A stretch of 64,000 bases of DNA from Flaccisagitta enflata (taxonomy: Eukaryota), in assembly GCA_965153355.1 (NCBI GenBank), contig OZ231126.1, positions 46,190,001 to 46,254,000 on the forward strand. Reading direction: 5' to 3'. Below the pieces are notes generated by a model. The model did no database searches. It had not been told where the DNA came from and saw only the letters and a list, made by a program, of their open reading frames with translations. The first letter of the stretch is position 1, and the number at the start of each line of letters is the position of its first letter. A program made the translations under genes and the position numbers. Shown one piece after another: positions 46,084-64,000 of this stretch.

Positions 46084-47368
46084 ATGAATACGCATTTTCA
46101 AACTTTCCAACTTGATATGCTTCACTTTGTTTGTGACTAAATGACATACAGAATGACTGACAAACCAACCAACAGATGGATGGACGGATGGACAAACAAA
46201 GTATTTTAATTACATATCTTTGAGTAGAATACACACTCTATCCCTTGTATGACCCTCTGTCTCTTGCCTGCGTAAACAACAGACAAAGAGGCATTAGAAT
46301 TGATACCTCTAGTTACTTCAACAGACAAAGAGGCATTAGAATTAATACCTCTAGTTACTTCAAGTTAGTTTAAGTCCCCGACTGGGTATTAAAGCTAATG
46401 ACTGTGTTGAGTAATTAGGCCTAATTACCATGTAATTTTGGAGCTCAATTCGACTATCTAGGGGGTGAGTCCGAGTCAAAATGAATTCACCCATGAGAAA
46501 CCCTTGGCAAGAGCTACTTCGGGTATGATTTTGGTAAAATTACCGGACCCTCATCATCGACATTTTTCTTGACCATTTTTTATGTGAGGTACACAAACAT
46601 GCCAGATTTGGTAAAAAATGTTAAAATTGGTACCAAAATGAAGCCTACGTCAGGGGCTTTCTACTAATAGGTCGCTTATAATGTTTGACTAAAGTTAATC
46701 TGGCAAACGCACGGCTTGAAGAAAGCACAAAAATACAGGTAATTAGCCCTACTACCTTTGTTACTCCCCAGCTGGCAGATCTGTTTTCCAAGTAGCCAAT
46801 CACAGTAAATCACTACGAAAGTGTATCAGTTAGATATTAAGATCAAGAGACATTCCTTCAGAAACTTGTTTGGGGCAGAGGAACAGCTGAAAAGATGCGT
46901 GAATATTCTGATATTAGTACCGAGGTTATTGGTCCGAGTGAAACATGAGGTACTTGATTTGATAGTTTATTTGATTTGATAGTTTGATAGTTTGATTCGA
47001 TAGTTTAATAAAACATTATCATTTATGAAATCTTGGCATTGAACAAGGCCGGATACACGGCCATCAGTTGCGGACGGGTGGGCAGGGGCGGAAATGCGCG
47101 TTTTCCCACTTTTCAACTTGAGCGTGACGGACCAACCAACCGACCGACCGACGGACAAAGCCTCTTATAGAGTTGCGTGTCCGCAACTAAAAAAGCGGTC
47201 TTATCTCGAGACGCGCTCTTCTAGCTAGACCCTGAACTCGCCCACAACTGCCCTAAAGAAGAATCTTTCATTTTCATCGCATGCATACAATACCTTCAAG
47301 CCACTTTATCCATCGATCAGTCTGTCGGCGGGCCCAGATTGATGGTCCATCCCCCTAAAAAATAGCCT

Positions 47369-48009
47369 TTTTTGGGCAGCGGCCCCGAAGGGGACGAAGT
47401 CCTGTAGAACACAGGGGGACTTTCGTTCGTCCGTTCGTTCGTTCGTTCGTTCGTCCCCCCCCCCCCTCATCAGGCCCCTCAGGCCTCAAATCTGGCCTCT
47501 GAGACCTCGAATCTGGCCTCTCAGGCCTCAAATCCAGGCTCTCTGACCTCAAATCCAGCCTCTCAGGCCTCAAATCCGGCCTCCCAGGCCTTAAATTAGG
47601 CTTCTCAGGCCTAAGACCTGGCCTCCCAGGCCTCAAATTAGGCCTCTCAGGCCTTAAATCAGCTATCTAAGCCTCAATTTATTGCTCTCAGGCTTCAAAT
47701 CTGTCCTCTGACCTTTCAAGCCTTAATCCATTTCTCTCAAGCCTCAAGTCAGCCCTATAAAGCTTCTGATTGGCATTCTGAGGCCTTATATCAGCCTTCT
47801 TAGGCCTCAATTTAGGCTCTTGGAGACCTCCACTAAGCCCTCTATAGCATCTTATTCACTTCAGGCAGGACGAACAAAAGTCCCTCTGTGTTCTACAGGA
47901 CTTCGTCCCCTTTGGGGCCGCTGCCCTGCTTCCCCTCACTCCAATTCACAATCACTCAAAGCAGGGCAACGGGTATCGCTGACCATATATTGCCCTTGGG
48001 CGACCTGTT
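47369..48009 (+). mobile_element. HINE-like family C1 copy
   Basis: Collinear with 43889-44619. Confidence 0.85.
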
Positions 48010-49012
48010 AGTCCATTCAGACCTTGACAGGGAGTTTTGTTTCTAGAGGTCCCTGCCCAATAATCAAGATTGTCTCTGTGTTGTCGCCCCTGCCCACCGG
48101 CACGCGACTAAAGGCATCGACCAGATTTCCACTTAGTCGATCAACTCACATGAATTTTGTCCCTTCTTATCAGCGGTGTCGTTCTTCAAGATTCTCGCCT
48201 AAGGAGAGACACAGCATCAAAATCGAGTCCTTAAGTCACGCGTCATAAAGCTTATCTATTTTTTTAAAGAGTACAGCCACACATCAGCGCATCTTACCGT
48301 ATTAGACAAAAAAAAATTATGTGCGCCAACGCACATCCATAAGAAGCTTAGTCCGCCGTTCGGTCTGACGGTCAGTTGGTCAGTAACGCATTCATTCGAT
48401 GATCCACACGGACTCGGCGCACATATTGGCCTACTTGGCCTTTTTAAGTCACATATTCTTCATCTAGCGAGGTGCACTTTTTGGCCACAACTTGGCCTTG
48501 TTTTAGAAATATTTGGTGGTATCTAAAATTTGAAATTCGATATAACAACATTCAGATATATGAGACGAAAATAGCCAGTCATTTCAAAACCTTTCTTGCT
48601 AGATACGGAATCATCCTGGAAGGGAAGGGCCGAAGGGGACTGTTTTTCAGGCTCAACATGCCATGTTAATCTTCAAAGAGGGTTTGCTGAAGTGCATCAC
48701 GATTCTTTTCTTCAATGAAAGACGTTAGCAGACAAGAACCTATCAAAAGAAATGTCAAATGATATGAAAAAAAAATTTCATTAATAATTCGTGTTTTACG
48801 GCAGCCATAAAGGAAAGATATTTTTTTTCTTAACTTTTTCAACAATTTCGATTGAGGTCCACTTTCTCTAGGTCTTGGGTGTATTGACATGTCTTTCAAT
48901 AACTATCTACAAGAATTGTGTAATAAAAATAATCCATTTCAATACTCGTAATTCAGTAAATTTTCGTTCTTGACAAAATCTGGAATAAAGAAAAGCACTC
49001 AACATTGAGAAA

Positions 49013-49204
49013 AACAAGGCCGGATGCACGGCTACCCAAGTCGCGTGCGGATGGGCAGGGGCCATATTTGAGGTCATTCCATCATTTGGGCAGGAGCAGT
49101 ATGGTCCAAGACCGCAAAAACAAAAAAAAAGTAAAGTATGACGGACGGACGGACCGACGGACCGACAAAGCGGGGTGTAGAGTCGCGTAGCACGCGACTA
49201 AAAA
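49013..49204 (-). mobile_element. HINE family A copy
   Basis: Ends GAGTCGCGTAGCACGCGACTAAAAA. Confidence 0.85.
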
Positions 49205-49334
49205 TCTGGACAGACATGTCTTTTTTACGTCTGCAGCTTCTATCGACAGTACACGCTACTCACTCCCTCATGCCTTACATCCGACATCGTCCGTCGAAGG
49301 AAAGGAAACAGAAGAAAGAGATAGACAGAAACAG

Positions 49335-49443
<109 letters not shown>

Positions 49444-49496
49444 AACTGACAGACAGACAGACAGAGAGAGGCCGACAGATAGGCAAAGCGAGAGGC

Positions 49497-49663
49497 AGTT
49501 GAACCCCACTCTAACGGACCCGCTTTTAACGGAATTCCGCTTATAACAGATACTAATTCTTTAACCGTTTTCTTTCATTTCATATGATTGCTATAATATA
49601 ATTCCGCCTAAATCAGAGGAAATTTGTTAGTCCCCTGAAATCCGTTGGAGCGGGGTTTTACTG
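49497..49663. mobile_element. Short pogo/Tc1-type MITE
   Basis: CAGTTGAACCCCACTCTAACGGA ... TCCGTTGGAGCGGGGTTTTACTG|TA. Confidence 0.7.
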
Positions 49664-50559
49664 TATTTGTAAAGATAGAGAGAAAGATGAAGATAGACAG
49701 ACTTACAGACACACGCACACATGAAGACTTTTAAAGACAGAGAGTAAAACCGTAGAAAAAGAAGAGACAGAAAGAAAGTGAAAATGGGAAAGTGCTTTAG
49801 ACTAAATTAGAGAAAGAATATCTGTAGAGGGGCGGAGGGGGATTTGTTGTTGCTTGGAAACAAAGCGATTTCCCTTTCGTTTTGAGTCATCTCATCTCGC
49901 CTTCTTTTTACGCCCACCGTCGAGGGAAAAAAATTATTCAAAATAATCGTCTAAAAAAGCATTTTTAAGTTTTACCAATTATAAAAAAAATTGATATATT
50001 CTTACAAATCCATTCATAAGCTTTCGAAGACAAACGCGATTCCCGGGAATGCACTGCATTTTTTTCACAAAATCGCGGTCACAATGATATAAACTCACAA
50101 TATTGTTGCGGACAGGTGGGTGCAGTGGCGTCCAGTCCCCATCCTCCCCCCCCCTCCATACACAGAGACAATCACAACTGCAACATCATAAATGAATTTT
50201 TTTCGCATTTCCTACTTGAGCGTGACGGACCAACAGACCGACGGACGGACAAAGCTTTTTATAGAGTTGTGTGTCCGCAACAAAAAATGTTCAAACTCTA
50301 GCCTCAACGTCGTATAAACATCATGTAAAAGATACGAAGCACAAAACCGAGCGGCGTTTTATCGTTGAACAATCGTAAACCTCACGTTATGGCTTGATAT
50401 TAAGTTTTCTTCTGCCTCAGAACTAGAATCTCTGCTTCATATACATTAATATTGTTATCTTTCCATTCCAACTGTTTTGAAGAAGAAAAAAATATACAAC
50501 TCCGCCGTTGGTTGTTTTTTTGTTTTTTTTTTAGCAAAGGAATAGAACTTCGTATTAAA

Positions 50560-55562
<5,003 letters not shown>

Positions 55563-57319
55563 GTAGTAACACGCTTCTATTTTTACACAAAACTTCTTGC
55601 TTCTTTTGGGAAACCTCAATGTTTCGATTTATCCAATTTTCATCGAACCAAGTGAACTAACGTCTTTGTTTGTAAAAATTCAGTGTGACAACCACTAACG
55701 CTTTTCCCTCCTTTACCCCTATTAGCTTGTTCCTACTATACAGCCTGTACGTAACGAATTACCGCATAGAAAATCCGAAAAACCTCAAGGTAGCACTACG
55801 CAGAATACAATATTTAATTCAAGAAAACACTGATTATGATCAACTAACGCCGCATCGAACACGAACATGACTAACATTCATTTGTTTAGAACACAGCAAA
55901 CGTACAAAAATAAAAATCCGTTGACACTGAAGTATACGTGTATGTTTGCCAGCCCTATAGATCGATATTCGAATTCGATTCTCGCATCGAATGGTCTTTG
56001 CTATTTTAGTCACGGACACACAACTCAATAAGCCACTTTTTTGTCTATTAGCCCGTCTGTCGGATCATACTCAAAGTTCTTTTTTGGTGATTGCTGCCCC
56101 TGCCAATTTCACGTATCTGTCAGGTTAATCTAGTTGCTATTCATTATTGCCTATTCTGCCATTCATTTGGTAATTGACACTCAGGGCACAACCACGCAGA
56201 GAACAGAGACGGTTATGTAGTCAATTACCAAGCCAATCGCTACGACGGACATCAGGTAATCAATTCTTCTGTTTGGTCGTTGTTTCAATCCAAAGATTTC
56301 TAGGCCTCGCGATTTTTTTTTTTTTTTTTTTTTTTGGTACATGCATGCAAATATGAGATTTAATTTAAGTATGAAAAACTGATGTTGAAGCATTGAATTC
56401 GACTTATTTGCTTATTTGCTTATTTGCTCGAAATTTGGGACGAAGTTATTGCACTTTACTCTGTCAATGTATAGTTCAATAAAAATTATCATTTTAGTCG
56501 CTTGCTAAGCGAATCTATATGAGGGTGTGTCCGAAGGATGGCATGTATGTCGCTAACACAGGATTTTGGATGACGCTGAAATAGTGGTTTCTGAGCTACA
56601 TTATACACAGGCCCTGATCTGCCACATGCTGCCCCTGCCCATCCGCAAGCGACTATCTATTGGTCGTGTATCTATTGGTCGTGTATTCCTGGAAGAAATC
56701 TCCCGCGCGACATTACACGTTTACTGCCGTTGGGACACATTTATCTTTTAATGTGCATTTTTATGAGTTTACATAGTGAGAAAAAAAGATTAAAAACACC
56801 ATCAAACTCACAAGAAACAGTTTATTTTCAAATACGGCAATGTTGCTTAGTGATGTAAAAATCAGAATAAACATGAGAAAGAGTTTAAAGTGTATTTTTG
56901 TTAAAAAAGGCTTTTTTCCTTACATAATTAGCTATTTTCAAATTGGGGCTGTGTTTTTGATCTTGATATTTACAAAAATCTGTCGCTAAAAACGAGAATG
57001 AAAATATCTGAGGATTCATTGAGCAAAATTTTGTCTTTTTCCTTTAAGTACAAAACATAAAAAATAAGCAAAATATTAAAACATTCATTAGGCCACTTTC
57101 AACTTCCAGAAAATCGCTAGAAATGAATGAGTATGTTCACATGATTTGCCTTTACACAATAGCAAACGCTCAGCCCACTCCTAGCTGTCGCATAGCGTCG
57201 CAAGCCTGTCGAATGCAACGCTGTCACTCAAATAGTCAGTACCACAAATTAAAACCTAAGTTCAGATTTAGTCAGCCTCTTTTACTGACGTCTCTGAGAA
57301 TTACTGACATCTCTGTCTG

Positions 57320-57520
<201 letters not shown>

Positions 57521-58094
57521 TTTGAAGTCAGTCTCGGAATCACATTTTAATGCGACTTTAAACAATACACTGAAGTTTCAAAGTGATGAGTTTCTAACCT
57601 GTTACCATCGGTAAGTAAAATGGCGGTAAAATTTTCGAGGGTGGGACTTAAAATAAGGAGTGAGATTTTCAATCTCGGTTTTGCCAAAAAGCCACAGTTT
57701 TTATGTCTTCCTACTAATTTTCGACGAGGAATCCAAAAATCGCAGCCTCGAAGGCCTCAGAGAAAGTATTAAAGATCTTTTAGGAAAGCTTAGTAGTAGA
57801 CAGTCACTTACGCTACCGGCAATTCCTAAGGGTTTTTTTTCCTTTGCTTAAAACAATGTATTTCACTATTTCCATGAATATTCTCATATAATTCCATGCT
57901 TTTTTTTTCTTGCCAGTATTACCCCTACGCCTCAGTGGACTCTAACAATCACAGCGAAGAAAGATTTTGATATTGATCAAACCACGGATCTTTTCAAGAA
58001 TGTAAATGCAGCAACCAAAAATTTTCTTTCATTGAAGTATTGTCTCAGATGCTTGCAGGCGAATTTCAAGGAGACTTTGACGATCTGTCCATCC

Positions 58095-58197
<103 letters not shown>

Positions 58198-58870
58198 AGA
58201 CAGAAACAGACACACAGACAGACACAGGCAGGCAGAGAAAGGAAGTCAAAGCAACTATACTAAGGTGGTTGTCTACCCTATAAAGAAAATAGGTGGTGTG
58301 CATAGAGAAATTTCATCCTGGTTATTTCAACTTATCCAATTCATGTGTGCCGATAGGACAAACAAAGAGTGATGATGACAACAAAGTAATGTTGGGGTAT
58401 TTTAAGACTGGGCCACACTATCCTCATGAAACCATATCAGCTGACTTTGTACAACAGGGAGAGGTGGCCATGAGGAGAATCGATCGTTTGACTGTAAGTA
58501 GTTGTTGTTACTAATAGCGCAAAGACAATTGCTGCCGTTATTAGCCATAGGCGTGCTATAACCCATTGGCCCAGTCTGCTGTACACATTCCTGTTTACAT
58601 TAAATTTCTGTCATAATTCATCTCCTTAATTTCCCGTGAATAAAAAAGGTCGACATTCCTTGTCGCTCTCGATGGGTTTGGGTTCATAATACTAGATATT
58701 CCATGACTATTTTGCCTAGAAAAAAGTTAAGTGTCCATTCAGATTGTAACGTAGTATACGTTTTAGCTAGTAAGATGAAATTTCTTGAAGAAAAGATCCA
58801 GTAACGCAGGATTACAATATCGTTCCGAGCAGGAGGGCAGGAGCATGTAACTCCCTCCCCGTTTCCACAC

Positions 58871-60276
58871 TAGGGCCAACGGTTTTTGCATCAAGTCAAT
58901 TGAACACCCCAGCCTGCAGCTTTTTTAAACAGACTATGTCTATACTGTTGAAAACTACTCGCTCTATGACTTTTCTCCGTGATTTAGAGGTGCCAGATTT
59001 GATATTTTGATCATAACTTGATGGTGGTTGTGGTAAAAATGTCAAATATAGGTTATTTTGGCCGCCAAATTGGGCCACTTAGCCTTAGAAATCAAACCTA
59101 AAATCCATGAGATAATAAACCTAGAGCTCAAGATCTCACTAGTGGTGCAATCTGCATGTTTCTAACATTTTTCGTTTAGATTTGAGAGCATTTCAAAGAT
59201 GAAAGGGTTTGAAGGGAAAATTGTGGCTTCAATTTCAGTGGCAATTTTGACATTTTTCACAAATTTCAATATTTCATGACTTTGGTTGACCAATAAAATT
59301 GGTGATCAAATTTTTTTCAGCTGATGGTAAAGAATTTTGATCGATATTCCCCAAAAATTTTAGAGACTGTAGCAGGTGCAAAAAGTCGATTTTTTTGCAA
59401 ATTGGTCAATTTTGGATAAGAAATTAGGCCACTTCCAATTCATAAAAAGACTTACAATCCATGAGCAAAATAAAGTACTGCTCAGGAGCTAACCAGTGGT
59501 GCAATCGGTGTGTCAATATGTTTTTGCATTAAGATTTTATAGAACTTCAAAGATTAAAATACCCAAAAACTGTTATTTTGACATACCCTTAGTTCTTTGA
59601 AGTTCTATAAAATCTAAATGCCAAAACATATTGACACGCCGATTGCACCACTGGTTAGCTCCTGAACAGTACTTAATTTTGCTCATAGATTTTAAGTCTT
59701 TTTATAAATTGGAAGTAGCCTAATTTTTCATCCAAAATTGACCTGTTTCTACAGTCTTTAAAAATTTTTAGGGGGAATATTGATCAAAATTTTTTTTACC
59801 ATCAGCTAGAACAGGAAAAACTCTTCAATTTGATCACAAATTTTATGCAGATTGGTCCATCCAAAGCTGCAAAACATTGAAATTTGTGAAAAATGTCAAA
59901 ATTGCCACTGAAATTGAAGCCGCAATTTTCCCTTCAAACCCTTTCATCTTTGAAATGCTCTCAAATCTAAACGAAAAATGATAGAAACATGCAGATTGCA
60001 TTACTAGTGAGATCTTGAGCTCTAGTTTTATAATCTCATGGATTTTAAGTTTGATTTCTAAGAGTAAGTGGCCCAATTTGGCGGCCAAAATGACCTATAT
60101 TTGACATTTTTACCACAACCACCATCAAGTTATGATCAAAATATCAAATCTGGCACCTCTAAATCACGGAGAAAAGTCATATAGCGAGTAGTTTTCAACA
60201 GTATAGACATAGTCTGTTTAAAAAAAGCTGCAGGCTGGGGTGTTCAATTGATTTGATGCAAAAACCGTTGGCCCTA
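58871..60276. mobile_element. 1.4 kb hAT-type foldback element (near-complete palindrome) with 8-bp TSD, inserted into a HINE
   Basis: TAGGGCCAACGG...CCGTTGGCCCTA; TSD TTCCACAC at 58863-58870 and 60277-60284; arms of ~680 bp with a short spacer near 59553-59593. Confidence 0.95.
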
Positions 60277-61981
60277 TTCCACACACACACACACACAAGC
60301 TCACACACACACACACACCCGCGGTAACCTAATAGGCTAATTGCGTGTTTTCCCATTTTCCGACTAAAGCGTGTCCTACGGACATCGGACAGACAAGCCT
60401 CTTATTGAGTCTCGACTCCGCTCGCGCTCGTATGAACCAAGCGCAAGCCCACCTGGAAAAAGCCATGGAAAACATTTGCCCCTCTGAATCACCACCCTGT
60501 CTCCGAAACTGAGTTTGGCCTGTTACTGCCTGATGGAGGCGCCTGAGGACGATTCTTTTCATATCGAAAAAGTAATTGCAAGAAATTCGTTGCCCAAACA
60601 AAGCCACGTGATTCCATGTGATTGCAGGCGCGCTCTTGAAACAAAGATGACCTGAAGACGGGACCAAGAAGTAAACATCATCGGCAACCAGGGATGTATA
60701 TAATTGAGGGGGTGGGAGGAATCGAAGGGTATGGAGATAGGGAAGGAACGGAAGGGGATAATGGAAGGGGATAAAAAGAAAAAAAAACAATTTTTGGCAG
60801 TACCAAAACATGAAACATGATTAGTGCAACACAAACATTATTAGAACATAAAACGTTCTGTTTTAATGCTCTCTAGATCTCTGAGGAAGAATATGTTAAT
60901 TTTGTTACGCGATGCTACACATTGCGGGGAAGAAAATCATAGGGGGGGGAAGCGACTTAATTCTATACACCCCTGTTGGCAACAGCAGTTAGTGGACAAA
61001 TTCCATTCTTCTCCATTGTGTAATACACATTTTTATCTCATAAGATTTGATGGATAAATGGAACGAAAAATCACAGAGAAAGATGTCCATACATTTTTGA
61101 TCAATGAATGTTTTTATTAATGAATGGTTTTCACGAATGGATGTTATTTAGGAATGAATGAATGATTTGGTGAATGAATTATCTGATGTATGCAGTATGC
61201 TACTTTTACAGGATTGGATCCACTTTTCTGTTGAACAAGGCCAGCACCTATAAATCGCGTGTAGGACATAAATAACTTAGGATGACTTGAATTGACTTGA
61301 AATGACTTAAGATGACTTAAAATGACTTAAAAAGACATAAAATGATGATAAAGACTTATACGACTAAATTGACCAAATTGACTTGAGTGATTTGATGTAT
61401 CGTAAAATGACAAAAAATGACTTGCCAGTTATGGTGGCAGTCGCCGTGAGGAAAAAAGTCGTAAGCATTTATCTTCAGTCCCTGCATTTTTTTTTGTTAG
61501 ATCAAATCAAGAGCAATTGTATGTATTGATTGCACTGCACGCGACTAAAAATAGAACTGAGCCAAATGAGCTAGATGAGCTAAAATACTCAAAATCACTT
61601 AACCAGATATCCAGCTATGTTCACTGAAATGCTTTCTTTGATTTGCATGCTTAATTAAAAATTTTATTCATCCTATTTAAAATATAAAAAAAAGATTAAG
61701 TCAAATGAGCTAAATGAACTAAATGAGCTAAATGAGCTAGAATACTAAAAAACATCATCTTAGATGAGCAGCTCTGCTCACTGACAAGCTTTCTTACATT
61801 TGCTTGCTTAAACATGTATCAAAATATTTATTCATCTATTGCATTAAAAATTAAAAAAAACTGAGCTAAATGAGCTAAAATGCTCAAAAACACCCTCAAA
61901 GATGAGCAGCCATGCTCATAAATATGTTTTCCTGTATTTGCATGCTCAGACAAACAAAAATACACTCCTTTATTGATCCTA

Positions 61982-63580
61982 CACCCCCCTCTGGATAGCC
62001 CCCCAAAGACAAACCAAAAAACCCATTCTGGGGACCCCAAGAACTATCATCTAGAATGTCTTGGCTACACAAAACAATATCAGACTAAATCATTTGAAGG
62101 CAAAATTTGGGAAAAAGTCACTTTTTATGCAAAATCAAGCATTTTTGGCCATATTTGGCACTTTCATGGTTCATACAGCTTCCAAAACTTTAGAAAATAT
62201 CTAAAAAGTGTAAGATTAGCTAATGTGTAACTAGTTTTACCTTTTCAAGCTAGTTTGGATGGATATTTTAAAGATTAGAGCAAAAAAAATCACTTAAAAC
62301 CAGAAAATTGAGTTTTTTTCAGCATTCTTTTGCCTAAAATCATTCAAGCTACATCAATAAGCCTGTAAACTATAAAAAGTCATCCAAGGATTGCACATGG
62401 TCAGCGGTACCTGATGCCCCACTTGGAGTGAGAGTGGAGTGAGAGCAGGGCAGCGGCCCTAAAGGGCCGATGTCCTGTAGGACACAGGGGTAAATTTTTA
62501 AACGTCTTGAGAGGGCATATTTGATGCCTTTGGAGCAATCTTCCATGATATTCAATGGAGGTTTTGCATTTTGTTTCAATTTGCCATGTTATTCAATGGG
62601 AATTTCACATTTCATTCATTTTTCTTCAATTATCCATGTTATTCAATGGGAAGTTTGCATTTTGTCAATTTTCCATGTTATTCAATGGGAATTTGAGGCT
62701 TGAAAACCTTCGGGGGGGGGGACGTATGGACAGACGTACGTAATGGTTCACCCCTGTGTCCTACAGGACATCGGTCCTTTAGGGCCGCTGCCCAAAAAGT
62801 GTGTGGGAACAGTTGAAATTTATATGGTTTTGCCATTTTAAGTAAGTTTGAAGAAACACTTAACTCTCAAAAGCTAAAAAAATGACTTAAAAACTATAAA
62901 TTTAAATTTTTTTTTAGTATTTTCAGGCTGAAATGTTATCAATCCTTCAAAACTATTTCATGCAAGTAAAATATATATATTACATACAGTAAAGTATATA
63001 AACATACATTTCACTATTACATATATTCTTATGTATATGTCAATATTCTGTATTTTTGAATATATCTAAAATCAGATTAAATCTTCGAAAAAATATTATT
63101 TCATTTGTTTTTTTTTTCATTTTTAAATTTTTCAGTGATATCTCTATTAAACACTTTACCCTCCTGAAGAGTCGAAAAAAATTCTTGTTTTTACTTTTGG
63201 GGCCATGCAGAGAGGGGTGTATGGATGACCGACATGGTAGCAAAAGAATGCTAAAAAATGTGGGTTTTAAATGATTTTTTTTGCTGTAATCTTTGAGATA
63301 TCCATCCAAACTAGCTTGAAAAGGTAAAACCAGTCACACACACATCAGCTATTCTTACACTTTTTAGATATTTTCTTTAGTTTTGGAAGCTGTATGAACC
63401 CTGAAAGTACTAAATAAGGCAAAAAATGCTTAATTTTTGCATAAAAAGTGACGTTTTTCCCAAATTTTGCCTTTAAATGATTTAGTCTGATGTTGTTTTG
63501 TGTAGCCAAGACATCCTAGATGATAGTTCTTGGGGTCCCCAAAATGGGTTTTTTGGTTTTTCTTTGGGGGGCTATCCAGA
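61982..63580. mobile_element. Long-TIR MITE (~340-bp arms), right tip truncated, containing a C3 HINE (62375-62798)
   Basis: TCTGGATAGCCCCCCAAAG...GGGGACCCCAAGAACTATCATCTAG is mirrored at 63500-63580; the left end is TA|CACCCCCC. Confidence 0.82.
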
Positions 63581-63907
63581 ATCCAAAATCAAAAAAAGAA
63601 TTCAATTTGAATTTTTTATAAATAAATCTTTAAAATTTCATAACACAAGAAACATTTGTCGTAGAGCATACTGCTTGGCGCCAAATGAAAGAGAATTATA
63701 AAATTTATTTAGCCTATTAATTTCATCGGATGAGATTCACAACTTTCCCATAAGAAAATGAAAACCCTGTTTTTCTCAAATATGTCAAAAGTCAAAGACT
63801 GACTTCGACTTCTTTCCTGACAATAACTTAAAATGACTAAGAATGACTTAGAATGACTTTGAATGACTAAAAATGACCTAAGATGACTAAGAATAACTAA
63901 AAGTAAT

Positions 63908-64000
63908 AAACAGGTCGCCCAAGGGCAATACGTGGTCAGCGATACCCGTTGCCCTGCTTTGCATGGTTGAAAATCGGAATGAGAGGCAGGGCAGCGGCCC
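63908..64000 (-). mobile_element. 3' end of a C1-type HINE, cut off by the window edge
   Basis: AACAGGTCGCCCAAGGGCAATA...GGGCAGCGGCCC is the reverse complement of the 44530-44619 tail. Confidence 0.8.

Overview
Repeat-rich animal (metazoan, probably invertebrate) nuclear DNA with GT-AG introns. It is not prokaryotic, and most ORF-track entries are microsatellite or minisatellite artefacts. Three protein-coding loci are supported. (1) A 2.6 kb low-complexity exon (8892-11536, +) with a three-fold G-x-L-P-x-W-W motif. (2) A 4-exon, 639-aa LRRC8/VRAC-like gene (37059-32212, -) with a pannexin-like 4-TM pore domain but only about 5-6 LRRs. (3) A divergently oriented gene of 6 or more exons (50560-55562 and beyond, +) encoding a Thr-rich mucin ectodomain, one TM helix and a long Tyr/Gly-rich tail. 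The left end is a ~461-462 bp satellite array interrupted by three mechanistically different insertions, each with a readable TSD. The rest is dominated by several families of Helentron/DINE-1-like non-autonomous elements (HINEs), TA-flanked MITEs, hAT-type foldbacks and an 8.2 kb long-TIR element with a 5-bp TSD. Exon structures were derived by hand from splice sites and reading-frame continuity, and homology calls come from remembered sequence motifs. No database searches were run, and repeat boundaries are approximate unless a TSD is given.
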